From positions 67,541 to 131,540 of the forward strand of contig JACPKC010000010.1 in the NCBI GenBank assembly GCA_016187225.1: 64,000 bases of DNA, read 5' to 3'. A program made the translations under genes and the position numbers. Source of the stretch: Candidatus Berkelbacteria bacterium (lineage in GTDB: Bacteria > Patescibacteriota > UBA1384 > JACPKC01). Positions 45,305 to 54,825 of this stretch are shown one piece after another. Positions within the stretch are counted from its first letter, which is position 1, and each line of letters begins with the position of its first letter. The notes under the pieces are model-generated. The model made no database searches, was not told where the DNA came from, and was given only the letters and a program-made list of their open reading frames with translations.

Positions 45305-48171
45305 AAAATATGCCGACGAGTAAATTGCAATCAGAAAAAAACGCAATTGTTCTTGCTGAAGAAAAAGTTTTAGATTTTTGGCGCGCCAAAAAGATTTTTC
45401 AAAAATCTCTCGAAGCACGAAAGAATGCCGAGCGGTATGTTTTTTATGATGGCCCGCCTTTTGCGACCGGCACTCCGCACTATGGCCACATCCTTGCCAG
45501 CGCCATTAAAGATGCTGTGCCACGTTACCAAACGATGCGGGGCAAGTACGTCGAGCGCCGTTGGGGGTGGGATACGCATGGTTTACCGATCGAGAACATA
45601 GTTGAGCGAAAACTTGCAATTTCGGGTCGAAAAGAAATCGAAAAAATTGGCATTGGAAAGTTTAACACAGCCGCCCGCGCGCAAGTGCTTGAGTATGCGC
45701 GGGAATGGAAAAAAACAATCGAACGCATGGCGCGTTGGGTTGATTTCGATGGTTCCTATAAAACAATGGATAACAGTTACATCGAGTCAGTCTGGTGGGC
45801 GTTTAGTCAGCTTTATGACAAGGGTCTTATTTATGAGAGCACGCGTGTTCTACCTTATTGTCCACGTTGTGAAACTCCAGTGGCTCAATCTGAAATTGCA
45901 ATGGATAACAGCTACAAGAAAATTAGCGATCTTTCAGTCTATGTCGCGCTTGAACTTAGCGACCGTCCGGGCACGTATCTAGTGGTCTGGACAACGACGC
46001 CTTGGACCTTGCCGGGCAATACTGCGGTTGCAATTGGTAGCGACATCGACTATGTGCTTGTCGAGCAAGGCCATAAACAGTATTTTGTCGCGGTTTTTGC
46101 GAAAGAAAAACTTTTTCCAAATTCAAGCGTGATCGAGCAAAAACGCGGGCGTGACCTTGTGGGTCTCTCATATAAACCGCCCTTTGACTATTATTTGGAG
46201 CGAGAATTTCCCAACAAAAAAAATGCTTGGAAAATCTACGCCGCTTCATTTATAAGCAATCAAACGGGGAGTGGACTCGTGCATATTGCTCCGGCTTTTG
46301 GCGAAGAAGATATGGAGCTTGCGCGCACCAAAAACTTACCGTCTATTTGGCACGTGACAGGGCAGGGTAAATTCGCGCTCGAAGTCAAAGATTTTGCCGG
46401 TTTCGATGTTAAACCTAAAAACAATCATCAGCGCACTGATGTGGAAATTATCAAATATCTATTCGCAAAAGAAATCCTGTTTAAAAAAGAAATCGTTATT
46501 CACCCTTATCCGCATTGTTATCGTTGTGAAACGCCGCTTTATTACTATGCAATTCCAGCCTGGTTTGTGAAGATTCAGGCAGCTAAGCCGCGACTTGAAG
46601 AGCTCAATGAAAAAATTCACTGGGTGCCAACTCATCTCAAGCATGGCCGTTTCCTAAAAAGTATGCGTGAGGCGCCTGATTGGAATATCTCGCGCAATCG
46701 TTACTGGGCTTCTCCACTTCCAATTTGGAAGTGTCCAAATAGTCATCTCACGATCGTTAGATCTATAGCGCATCTGCGAGAATTAAGCGGCTTAGAATTG
46801 TCTGATTTGCATCGTCCGCATATCGATGCTGTCACTTTTGCCTGTCCTACGTGTCAGACAGAAACCAAACGTGTCCCAGAGGTTTTTGATTGTTGGTTTG
46901 AATCCGCCTCAATGCCATTTGCGGCCGTCCACTATCCTTTTGAAAACAAAGATTGGTTTAAAGCCAATTTCCCGGCCGACTTTGTCGTTGAATATATTGC
47001 ACAAACCCGTACTTGGTTTTACTACATGCATGTTTTATCGACACTTTTATTCGACGAAGCGCCGTTCCGCCACGTGGTCACGACGGGTAATGTTTTAGCG
47101 CAAGACGGTCAGAAAATGTCAAAATCAAAACAAAATTTTCCTAATCCTTGGCAGATTTTTGATACCTATGGCGCGGATGCTCTTCGTTATTATCTCTTGG
47201 CCTCGCCGCTCATGAAGGCGGAGGATCTGAACTTTTCCGAAACAGGTGTCCTAGAAATTTACAAGCGTAACTTTCTTCGACTCAAAAATGTTCTTTCATT
47301 CTATTCTCTCTATCCTGCTGAAATTGAGGGCCAAGCGCCAAACGCACAATCAGCTAATATTCTTGATATTTGGATTTTGGAGCGTCTTCAGGAAAGCGTA
47401 AGCTTAATTACGAATGCCATGGAGCATTACGAGTTGGATTCAGCATTTAGGCCGGTCGAAACTTTGGTTGATGATCTTTCGGTTTGGTACCTGCGTCGTT
47501 CGCGGGAACGCTTAAAAGATGATTCTCCTGGCGCTCGGCTTACTTTAAGAGAGGCTCTGCTTAAAATGAGCCTGCTCTTGGCGCCTTTTGTGCCTTTTAT
47601 CGCAGAAGAAATTTTTTTACAACTGCGTAGTCCAAAAGACTCGGAAAGTGTGCACCTAGCTGACTGGCCAGTCAGTCGCTCGGTCGATCAAAAAATTCTT
47701 GATCAGATGGCAACGATTCGTCAGGCGGTCTCGCTTGGGCTCGAAAAGCGGAGTGCGCTCAATCTTCGCGTTCGTCAGCCTTTAAGTTCGGCTAAAATTA
47801 TGGGTCTGCCTTTTAAATTAAACGAACATTATGCAGAATTAATGCGAGCTGAACTTAATGTTCAAAATCTCGAATGGCACACCGGCGAAAAACTAACCGT
47901 TGAACTTAACCCACTCCTCACCGACGAGCTTCGTGTTGAGGGTTTAACGCGCGATCTTATCCACGCCATTCAAATTCTTCGTAAAAATGCTCAACTTAAA
48001 CCCAACGAACAAGTGCTCATCGCAATTCATGGGGTTGGCGATCAATTCTTAGATATGAAGCAAAAACAAACTCAAATTGAACAAGCAACTCATGTTCGCA
48101 TTGAGTGGCGAGCAAGCAGTAGTCAATACTCTACGACCGTCGATAAATTGACGATCATGCTCGAGCGATGA
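45301..48171 (+). CDS. ileS: Isoleucyl-tRNA synthetase (type 2 / eukaryote-like signature)
   Basis: HIGH region 'FYDGPPFATGTPHYGH', 'WNISRNRYWASPLPIW' and KMSKS 'KMSKSKQN'. The length is 956 aa. Confidence 0.85.
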   Translation: MKNMPTSKLQSEKNAIVLAEEKVLDFWRAKKIFQKSLEARKNAERYVFYDGPPFATGTPHYGHILASAIKDAVPRYQTMRGKYVERRWGWDTHGLPIENIVERKLAISGRKEIEKIGIGKFNTAARAQVLEYAREWKKTIERMARWVDFDGSYKTMDNSYIESVWWAFSQLYDKGLIYESTRVLPYCPRCETPVAQSEIAMDNSYKKISDLSVYVALELSDRPGTYLVVWTTTPWTLPGNTAVAIGSDIDYVLVEQGHKQYFVAVFAKEKLFPNSSVIEQKRGRDLVGLSYKPPFDYYLEREFPNKKNAWKIYAASFISNQTGSGLVHIAPAFGEEDMELARTKNLPSIWHVTGQGKFALEVKDFAGFDVKPKNNHQRTDVEIIKYLFAKEILFKKEIVIHPYPHCYRCETPLYYYAIPAWFVKIQAAKPRLEELNEKIHWVPTHLKHGRFLKSMREAPDWNISRNRYWASPLPIWKCPNSHLTIVRSIAHLRELSGLELSDLHRPHIDAVTFACPTCQTETKRVPEVFDCWFESASMPFAAVHYPFENKDWFKANFPADFVVEYIAQTRTWFYYMHVLSTLLFDEAPFRHVVTTGNVLAQDGQKMSKSKQNFPNPWQIFDTYGADALRYYLLASPLMKAEDLNFSETGVLEIYKRNFLRLKNVLSFYSLYPAEIEGQAPNAQSANILDIWILERLQESVSLITNAMEHYELDSAFRPVETLVDDLSVWYLRRSRERLKDDSPGARLTLREALLKMSLLLAPFVPFIAEEIFLQLRSPKDSESVHLADWPVSRSVDQKILDQMATIRQAVSLGLEKRSALNLRVRQPLSSAKIMGLPFKLNEHYAELMRAELNVQNLEWHTGEKLTVELNPLLTDELRVEGLTRDLIHAIQILRKNAQLKPNEQVLIAIHGVGDQFLDMKQKQTQIEQATHVRIEWRASSSQYSTTVDKLTIMLER

Positions 48172-49265
48172 GGTTCCAACTCTTGCGCTTTATCGACTGG
48201 TACCTCGTCGGGATAGTTTTAATTTTAGTAGTTGGTGGTGTGGCGATGATCTACAGTCTCACTTTTGCCCGCTCCGGTTCCGAACTCGCTTTCACACAAG
48301 GCGCGTTCGTGATTTTGGGCTGGATCACGGCGTCCATTTTGGCAGTTTTTGATTACCGCCGACTGCGTTCGTTCAGTCTGCTATTGTATCTTGCAGTTGG
48401 CTTACTGCTCTTGGGCGTTACGTTTTACGGTACGGTCGTTTTCGGTGCGCGTCGCTGGATCGAGATTGGCGCATTCCAACTCCAACCATCTGAATTGTTC
48501 AAGCTAGTCGCGGTCATCTTAATTGCCCGAGTCCTCGCCGCTCGCTTTGGCGCGATTCGTTTTAGAGATTTATTTGTTGTTAGTCTCTTATTAGGTCTTC
48601 CGATTACTCTAGTGCTGAAACAGCCGGACTTAGGGACAGCCGGTGTTATATTTTTAACGTTCGTAATAATTCTGACGATCGCAAAACTGCCGCGCTCGCT
48701 TTGGGTTAGCATCGGCCTAAGCCTGCCCATCCTTATGTTGGCGATTTTTTTGAATCTTAAAGACTATCAAATTGACCGGGTTCAAGTTTTCCTCAATCCT
48801 GCGTCCGATCGTTACGGCTCTGGCTATAACGTCCTTCAGTCCTTAATTGCAGTTGGCAATGGCGGTCTGTTTGGTCAGGGACTGGGTCAGGGAACGCAGA
48901 GCCAGCTTGATTTTTTACCCGTCATTCATACCGACTTTATCTTTGCCGGCATGGCTGAAGCAGTTGGCTTTTTTGGCTCTTTTGCCTTTCTCGTACTTTT
49001 CGCCGCTTTAATCATTCGAGCGCTAATGATTTCTCATCGAGCGCCGGATGCATTTGGTTCATTCTTGGCCTTTGGCATCGCTAGCCTGTGGTTCGTTCAA
49101 CTGGCGATTAATGTGGGGATGAATTTAGGGCTTGCGCCCGTAACAGGCATCCCACTTCCTTTCATCTCTTACGGAGGCACCGCGATTGTGTGTAATTTTA
49201 TCGCACTGGGGATTCTTGAAAGCATTGCAATTCGGTCACAGCAAGGTTATTTTCGCACATATTGA
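48168..49265 (+). CDS. rodA: SEDS-family protein RodA-like (second SEDS paralog in the window)
   Basis: 'GARRWIEIGAFQLQPSE' and 'LPVIHTDFIFA' SEDS blocks. It has about 10 TM segments and an ATGA overlap with ileS. Confidence 0.8.
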   Translation: MRFQLLRFIDWYLVGIVLILVVGGVAMIYSLTFARSGSELAFTQGAFVILGWITASILAVFDYRRLRSFSLLLYLAVGLLLLGVTFYGTVVFGARRWIEIGAFQLQPSELFKLVAVILIARVLAARFGAIRFRDLFVVSLLLGLPITLVLKQPDLGTAGVIFLTFVIILTIAKLPRSLWVSIGLSLPILMLAIFLNLKDYQIDRVQVFLNPASDRYGSGYNVLQSLIAVGNGGLFGQGLGQGTQSQLDFLPVIHTDFIFAGMAEAVGFFGSFAFLVLFAALIIRALMISHRAPDAFGSFLAFGIASLWFVQLAINVGMNLGLAPVTGIPLPFISYGGTAIVCNFIALGILESIAIRSQQGYFRTY

Positions 49266-49349
49266 CCGGATTGGGAGAAAAGTATATTCTAATGGAACGC
49301 TCCGCGAGAAATTTTTTATATTGATGAATTAGTAATCCTCTGGAGAGAT

Positions 49350-49634
49350 ATGAAAAAAGCTCAAGCTAAAAAAGTAGCGATTATCGAAACCGGCGGCAAG
49401 CAATATCTTGTCCAGCCAGGCGATACCCTTAAGGTGGAACTGATTAGAACGGAGAAAAATCAACTTACTCTCCGCGATCTCTTGGCCAACAAAAATGTGA
49501 CCGCAACCATTTTAACAGAAGGTCGTCATCCAAAAGTCTCCGGTCGCATCTTTCGCAATAAAGTCCGTTCCTCGCGTTTCCCTCGTGGCCATAAACAGCG
49601 CTATACTGCTCTTAAAATCGAATCAATGATTTAA
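49350..49634 (+). CDS. rplU: 50S ribosomal protein L21
   Basis: 'VAIIETGGKQYLVQPGDTLKVE' is the L21 core motif. Confidence 0.75.
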   Translation: MKKAQAKKVAIIETGGKQYLVQPGDTLKVELIRTEKNQLTLRDLLANKNVTATILTEGRHPKVSGRIFRNKVRSSRFPRGHKQRYTALKIESMI

Positions 49635-49645
49635 GAATACGTATC

Positions 49646-49834
49646 ATGATCCGCCCCATTGCATATCTTCGAGAAAGTTACGACGAATTACGGAAGGTGA
49701 AATGGCCAAGTCGCGAAACTACGATTCAATACACTTTAACCGTGATTGGCGCTGTTATTCTCCTGACAACTTTCTATGGCTTAATCGATTTTGGCCTTTC
49801 AGAAATTATCAGCCGGATGCTTAACCGTAGCTAA
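49646..49834 (+). CDS. secE: Preprotein translocase subunit SecE
   Basis: 'ELRKVKWPSRETTIQYTLTVIGAVILLTTFYGLID' is the SecE C-terminal TM signature. Confidence 0.85.
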   Translation: MIRPIAYLRESYDELRKVKWPSRETTIQYTLTVIGAVILLTTFYGLIDFGLSEIISRMLNRS

Positions 49835-49843
49835 AGAGTCAGC

Positions 49844-50482
49844 ATGACAGACATTTTTGATCAACCAGAAGAATTAGATTCCGAAACCTTAATCGGTGAA
49901 ACTATTAAACATGCAAGTCGACGGCCGCGACCTTCGCTTCTTGGGCAGAAACAAGCCGGTGAGCGCGGTTGGTATGTGATTCACACCTACACTGGCTACG
50001 AGGATCAGGTAGCCGAAACTCTCCGCCAGCGTATTGAATCACTTGGCATGGACGACAAGATTTTTGATGTGATCGTGCCAGTCGAGAAACAGATTGAGAT
50101 TCGCAATGGCAAACGCCGGACCGTTGAGCGCAAAATTTTTCCGGGTTACGTTTTGGTTGAAATGCTAGTGACAGACGACTCATGGTATGTTGTCAGAAAT
50201 ACTCCGAACGTTACTGGCTTTATTGGCTTGGGTGTCCGTCCAACGCCGATTCCGCTTGCCGAAGTTGATCGAATAAAAAAGAGAATGGGCGTTGAAGAAC
50301 CCAAATATCAGATCGATTTCACAATCAACGATCTTGTAACAATTACCGATGGTCCACTTAAAGGTTTTCAGGCGACTGTGAGTGAGATTGATGAAGAAAA
50401 AGGGAAAGTTAAGGTTCTCGTCAACATGTTTGGGCGTGAAACGCCCGCTCTACTCGATTTCTTACAAGTTAAGAAAGTTTAG
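49844..50482 (+). CDS. nusG: Transcription termination/antitermination factor NusG
   Basis: NGN domain '[14 protein letters not shown]...FPGYVLVEM' and KOW '[19 protein letters not shown]'. It has an approximately 35-aa N-terminal extension. Confidence 0.9.
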   Translation: MTDIFDQPEELDSETLIGETIKHASRRPRPSLLGQKQAGERGWYVIHTYTGYEDQVAETLRQRIESLGMDDKIFDVIVPVEKQIEIRNGKRRTVERKIFPGYVLVEMLVTDDSWYVVRNTPNVTGFIGLGVRPTPIPLAEVDRIKKRMGVEEPKYQIDFTINDLVTITDGPLKGFQATVSEIDEEKGKVKVLVNMFGRETPALLDFLQVKKV

Positions 50483-50501
50483 TAAATCTCAAAGGATGAC
50501 T

Positions 50502-50927
50502 ATGGCAAAAGCAATTAAGACCATGATTAAACTCCAAATTCCCGCTGGCAAGGCTAATCCGGCGCCGCCTGTTGGAACGGCTCTCGGGCCGCACGGCGTA
50601 AATATTATGGATTTTTGCAATCAATTTAATGAGCGCACCAAGCAACTTGGCAACACAATCATTCCGGTTGAACTTACGCTCTATGTGGATAGAAGTTTCG
50701 ATTTCATCCTTAAACAACCACCAGCCGCCGTCCTATTGCGTCAAGCCGCTGGTGTTGAAAAAGGAGCAAGTGAGGTTGGTAAGCAAAAAGTCGGTAAAAT
50801 TTCCCAAGCTAGACTTCGTGAATTAGCCGAGCAAAAAATGTCCGATTTAAATGCAAACGATATCGAATCAGCTATGAAAATTCTGACTGGCACCGCTCGC
50901 TCCATGGGAATTGAGATCCAGAACTAA
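50502..50927 (+). CDS. rplK: 50S ribosomal protein L11
   Basis: '[35 protein letters not shown]' is present. AAAGGA SD. The internal ATG is used rather than the ORF-track extension. Confidence 0.92.
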   Translation: MAKAIKTMIKLQIPAGKANPAPPVGTALGPHGVNIMDFCNQFNERTKQLGNTIIPVELTLYVDRSFDFILKQPPAAVLLRQAAGVEKGASEVGKQKVGKISQARLRELAEQKMSDLNANDIESAMKILTGTARSMGIEIQN

Positions 50928-50942
50928 AAGAGGCTGTCAGGA

Positions 50943-52037
50943 GTGGAAAGAATTACGCCAGCCGAAAGAGCCATCTGGGCAGCGTTTGCGAGCGATCTCT
51001 ACTTCGGTCCAACTCATCTGAACGAACTTCTGGCATTGAATGAAACGTTGCAGAGCATTTGGGAAAAACCCGAGCATGAGCTCAAAAAAATTCCTATCCG
51101 ATCGGCCACTCTTCAAGCGATCGTCAAATTACGGACGAACGTTGATCCTATAAAAGTTCTGACTAACCTCCAGAAACAAGGAATTAAATTTATTACTCGA
51201 TTCGATGCCGATTACCCGGCGCTTCTTGGTGAGATTACTGTTCCGCCAGTAGTATTATATATACGCGGAAAATTAGAAAACAAAAATCATACGAACGTAG
51301 CAATCGTAGGCAGTCGACGCATGACAACCTATGGCAAGCGGACGGCTGAATATATCAGTCGGTCGCTCGCACAGAGCGGCATTACGATTGTATCTGGGCT
51401 CGCGCTTGGTATCGATTCGGTTTCTCACAAGGCCGCACTGGAGGCAGAGGGAATTACCTGGGCAGTTTTAGGTTGCGGATTAGATCAGATTTACCCATCC
51501 AGCCATACCCAATTAGGCGAAAGAATTTTGTCGAATGGCGGCGCTTTGATAAGTGAATTTCCGCCTGGTACGCCAGCGCTCCGCCACCATTTTCCGATCC
51601 GCAATCGTATTATTGCTGGCTTGTGTAGCGCAACAATTATTGTTGAGGCGACCGAACGCTCGGGGACGCTCAGCACTGCGCGCGCGGCCTTGGACGCAAA
51701 TCGCGAAGTTTTTGCCGTGCCTGGCTCGATTTTTTCACCCAATTCAGTTGGTTCTCATGCACTCCTCAAATCTGGAGCTGGGCTTTTACATACTCCAAAT
51801 GACATTCTCGAAGCGCTCGGCCTTGAAATGAAGTCATCGGATCGTCCAGTTACACAACTTACGAGCGTAGAAAGTGTAATTTTTGCCACCCTTTCACATG
51901 AACCGATGCTTCTCGACGACCTGATCACTGCCACCCAACTGACGTCGAGTGCGATTGTTAGCACTTTAACGTTAATGGAAATCAAAGGTCTTGTTCAAAC
52001 GGCTGGGCAAGGGCGATACGTTCGATCGCACTCTTGA
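50943..52037 (+). CDS. dprA: DNA processing protein DprA/Smf
   Basis: Rossmann-like 'VAIVGSRRMTTYGKRTAEYISRSLAQSGITIVSGLALGIDS' and a C-terminal winged-helix region. Confidence 0.88.
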   Translation: MERITPAERAIWAAFASDLYFGPTHLNELLALNETLQSIWEKPEHELKKIPIRSATLQAIVKLRTNVDPIKVLTNLQKQGIKFITRFDADYPALLGEITVPPVVLYIRGKLENKNHTNVAIVGSRRMTTYGKRTAEYISRSLAQSGITIVSGLALGIDSVSHKAALEAEGITWAVLGCGLDQIYPSSHTQLGERILSNGGALISEFPPGTPALRHHFPIRNRIIAGLCSATIIVEATERSGTLSTARAALDANREVFAVPGSIFSPNSVGSHALLKSGAGLLHTPNDILEALGLEMKSSDRPVTQLTSVESVIFATLSHEPMLLDDLITATQLTSSAIVSTLTLMEIKGLVQTAGQGRYVRSHS

Positions 52038-54037
52038 CGCATGAGTGCATCTTGCGTTTACTAGAACCCATTGTTATGCCAGCCAAACATCTTGTCATTG
52101 TCGAGTCGCCTGCTAAGGGTAAGACGATTGAGCGCTATTTGGGCAAGGATTTTCACGTTCTGGCTTCATACGGACATGTGCGTGATTTGCCAGAGCATAA
52201 CCTTGGTGTTGATGTCGAGCACAAGTTCAAACCAACGTATGTCATTCCGCAAAAAGCTAAGAAAACGATCAGCGCCTTAAAGACTGCCTTAAAGGGCGCT
52301 GACTCCCTTTATTTGGCAACAGACTATGATCGAGAAGGCGAGGCGATTGCCTGGCACATTCTTGAGGCGCTTAACCTCGAAAAGATGAAAATTCCTGTCG
52401 CTCGGATTACCTTCCATGAAATCACAAAATCGGCACTACAGGCGGCGATTAAAAAGCCGCGGTCTCTCGATCTTAACTTAGTTAATGCCCAACAGGCGCG
52501 ACGGATTCTCGATCGTCTAGTCGGTTATACTTTAAGTCCGTTTTTGTGGAAAAAAGTAATGAAAGGTCTTTCGGCGGGGCGCGTGCAATCAGTTGCAGTG
52601 CGTTTGGTCGTTGACCGAGAGCGCGAGATTAAGGCTTTTGTGCCCCAAGAGCACTGGAGTCTTGAAGCGCTTTTGGCAACACGCAAAAAGGAAGAATTTC
52701 GAGCGTCGTTGGCTGAATTTAAGGGGAAGAAGCTTGATAAACTTGGAATTAAAACCGAAAAAGAGGCGCGCGCGCTTGAATCGGCGTTGGCTGGTGTGAC
52801 TTACCAGGTTAAGTTGGTTGAAGAAAAAGAAATCACTAAACGCCCTTCGCCGCCGTTTACAACCTCCACTCTCCAGCAACAGGCCTCGCATCGTTTGCAT
52901 TTTTCAGCCAAGCAGACCATGAAGCTTGCTCAGGATCTATATGAGGCCGGTCACATTACCTATATGCGTACCGACTCAACTAATCTGGCTGGCGAGGCTA
53001 TTTCTGCCACCCGAGGATATATCGAAAAAACATTTGGCGCAAATTATCTTCCGTCTGTGCCTCAATACTACCGAACAAAAAGCAAAGGCGCTCAAGAAGC
53101 GCATGAAGCCATCCGCCCAACCGATGCAACCAAACAGAGTTCGGATTTAAACTTGCCTTCTGATAAACATGCAAAACTTTATGAATTGATTTGGCAGAGA
53201 ATGATTGCTTGTCAGATGGCGCCCGCGCGCCTTAAAGCGACGACCGCCTTAATTCAGGCTGGAGAAGGAATTTTTAAGGCGCATGGCAACGTCGTGGCTT
53301 TCGACGGTTATCTAAGGGTCTGGCCGAGTGATCGAACTGATTCAATTCTACCCAAGTTAGCATCGAATGATTCGCTCACCCTACAAGAATTTTTTACAGA
53401 ACAGCATTTTACCGAACCGCCGGCTCGTTATTCAGAAGCAACTCTCGTTAAGGCGCTTGAGGAACATGGCATTGGTCGACCGAGCACTTACGCGCCAATC
53501 ATCAGCACAATTCAAGATCGAGGCTATGTTCAGCTATTTGAGCGTCGTTTTCAGCCGACTGAAACCGGCGAGATTGTGACTAATCTGCTCGTTGAGCATT
53601 TTCCTGAAATTGTGGACTTAACCTTCACCGCCTCAATGGAAAAAAAGCTCGATCAAGTCGCTGAAGGCGAACAGGATTGGACTAAACTTCTAGGTGATTT
53701 TTACACACCTTTTGACCACAAACTTGAAGTTAAGCAAAAGGAAGTTGAAAAACTTGATCTTACTGAAAAAACCGACAAAACTTGTCCAAAATGCGGCAAG
53801 CCACTCATTATTCGTCGGGGCCGATTCGGTCGATTTTTAGCTTGTACGGGTTTCCCAGAGTGTCGGCATACTGAAGCCATTGTGGAAAAAACAGGGATTC
53901 AATGCCCTGAATGTGGTCAGGGCGAGCTCATCGAAAAGAAGACTCGTCGAGGTAAGACTTTTTGGGGCTGTGAGCGGTACCCAGAATGCAAACATGCCAC
54001 TTGGAATGACCCGCGTAGTCATGAATCATCTTCCTAA
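52034..54037 (+). CDS. topA: DNA topoisomerase I
   Basis: Toprim 'LVIVESPAKGKTI' and 'TDYDREGEAIAWH'. Active-site Tyr region 'SPPFTTSTLQQ'. C-terminal zinc ribbons 'CPKCGK...C', 'CPECGQ' and 'CERYPEC'. The alternative start at 52076 is also possible. Confidence 0.92.
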   Translation: MTHECILRLLEPIVMPAKHLVIVESPAKGKTIERYLGKDFHVLASYGHVRDLPEHNLGVDVEHKFKPTYVIPQKAKKTISALKTALKGADSLYLATDYDREGEAIAWHILEALNLEKMKIPVARITFHEITKSALQAAIKKPRSLDLNLVNAQQARRILDRLVGYTLSPFLWKKVMKGLSAGRVQSVAVRLVVDREREIKAFVPQEHWSLEALLATRKKEEFRASLAEFKGKKLDKLGIKTEKEARALESALAGVTYQVKLVEEKEITKRPSPPFTTSTLQQQASHRLHFSAKQTMKLAQDLYEAGHITYMRTDSTNLAGEAISATRGYIEKTFGANYLPSVPQYYRTKSKGAQEAHEAIRPTDATKQSSDLNLPSDKHAKLYELIWQRMIACQMAPARLKATTALIQAGEGIFKAHGNVVAFDGYLRVWPSDRTDSILPKLASNDSLTLQEFFTEQHFTEPPARYSEATLVKALEEHGIGRPSTYAPIISTIQDRGYVQLFERRFQPTETGEIVTNLLVEHFPEIVDLTFTASMEKKLDQVAEGEQDWTKLLGDFYTPFDHKLEVKQKEVEKLDLTEKTDKTCPKCGKPLIIRRGRFGRFLACTGFPECRHTEAIVEKTGIQCPECGQGELIEKKTRRGKTFWGCERYPECKHATWNDPRSHESSS

Positions 54038-54629
54038 AAGCATCCAACGAGTCATTGAAGAATTGAGCAAACTGCCGGGCATCGGGGGGAAAACTGCCGG
54101 TCGGTTGGCATTTTATCTTGTCCGTCAGCCCCCAAGTCAGAGCGAGCGCTTGGGGCAGGCTCTGATCGAGCTACGAACTCAACTTAAATTTTGCTCAAAT
54201 TGTTTTAATATTACCGAGCTCGATCCCTGCTCAATCTGTGCCAATGCTCGGCGTGATCAAACTTTACTGTGCGTTGTAGAACAGCCGCTCGATACAGTCG
54301 CTCTGGAAAAAACAGAGTATCAGGGACTGTATCATGTGCTTGGTGGTGTTATCTCGCCGATTGAAGGTGTTAGTCCAGATCAGTTAAGAATTCGGGAACT
54401 AATCATTCGTCTTGAGAGTTCATCCAGAATCAAGGAGCTCATCATCGCGACCAATCCCTCGCTTGAAGGGGAGGCGACTGCCTTGTATTTGCAAAAACTG
54501 ATAGCCGATCAAGGTCTCAAAAAAATTAAGTTGAGCCGAATTGCTCATGGCTTGCCAGTTGGGGGAGACCTTGAGTATGCTGACGCCGTTACACTCACAC
54601 GCGCAATTGAGGGGCGCCGTAGTTATTAA
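54021..54629 (+). CDS. recR: Recombination protein RecR
   Basis: HhH 'LSKLPGIGGKTAGRLAFYL', C4 zinc finger 'CSNCFNITELDPCSIC' and Toprim. The start is taken at the internal ATG (MNHLPKS) overlapping the topA end. Confidence 0.88.
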   Translation: MNHLPKSIQRVIEELSKLPGIGGKTAGRLAFYLVRQPPSQSERLGQALIELRTQLKFCSNCFNITELDPCSICANARRDQTLLCVVEQPLDTVALEKTEYQGLYHVLGGVISPIEGVSPDQLRIRELIIRLESSSRIKELIIATNPSLEGEATALYLQKLIADQGLKKIKLSRIAHGLPVGGDLEYADAVTLTRAIEGRRSY

Positions 54630-54657
54630 ACCCGTTTATAGCGGGAGAAGGAGGGGA

Positions 54658-54825
54658 ATGGCAGCGTATTTTTGCAGTGAATGCAACTATGAAACCGAAG
54701 AGAAACAATGTCCGCTCTGCGGGGGCGCAACCGAGATTCTAGACGTAAAAGACGATCCTTTGCTTGGTCAACTTTCACAGCATCCCCAGTATGCATTCGA
54801 TGATGAGGAGCAAACATATATCTAA
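54658..54825 (+). CDS. Small zinc-ribbon protein (55 aa)
   Basis: Strong SD GGAGAAGGAGGGG. 'CSECN...CPLCGG' is a Cys4 ribbon followed by an acidic tail. Confidence 0.5.
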   Translation: MAAYFCSECNYETEEKQCPLCGGATEILDVKDDPLLGQLSQHPQYAFDDEEQTYI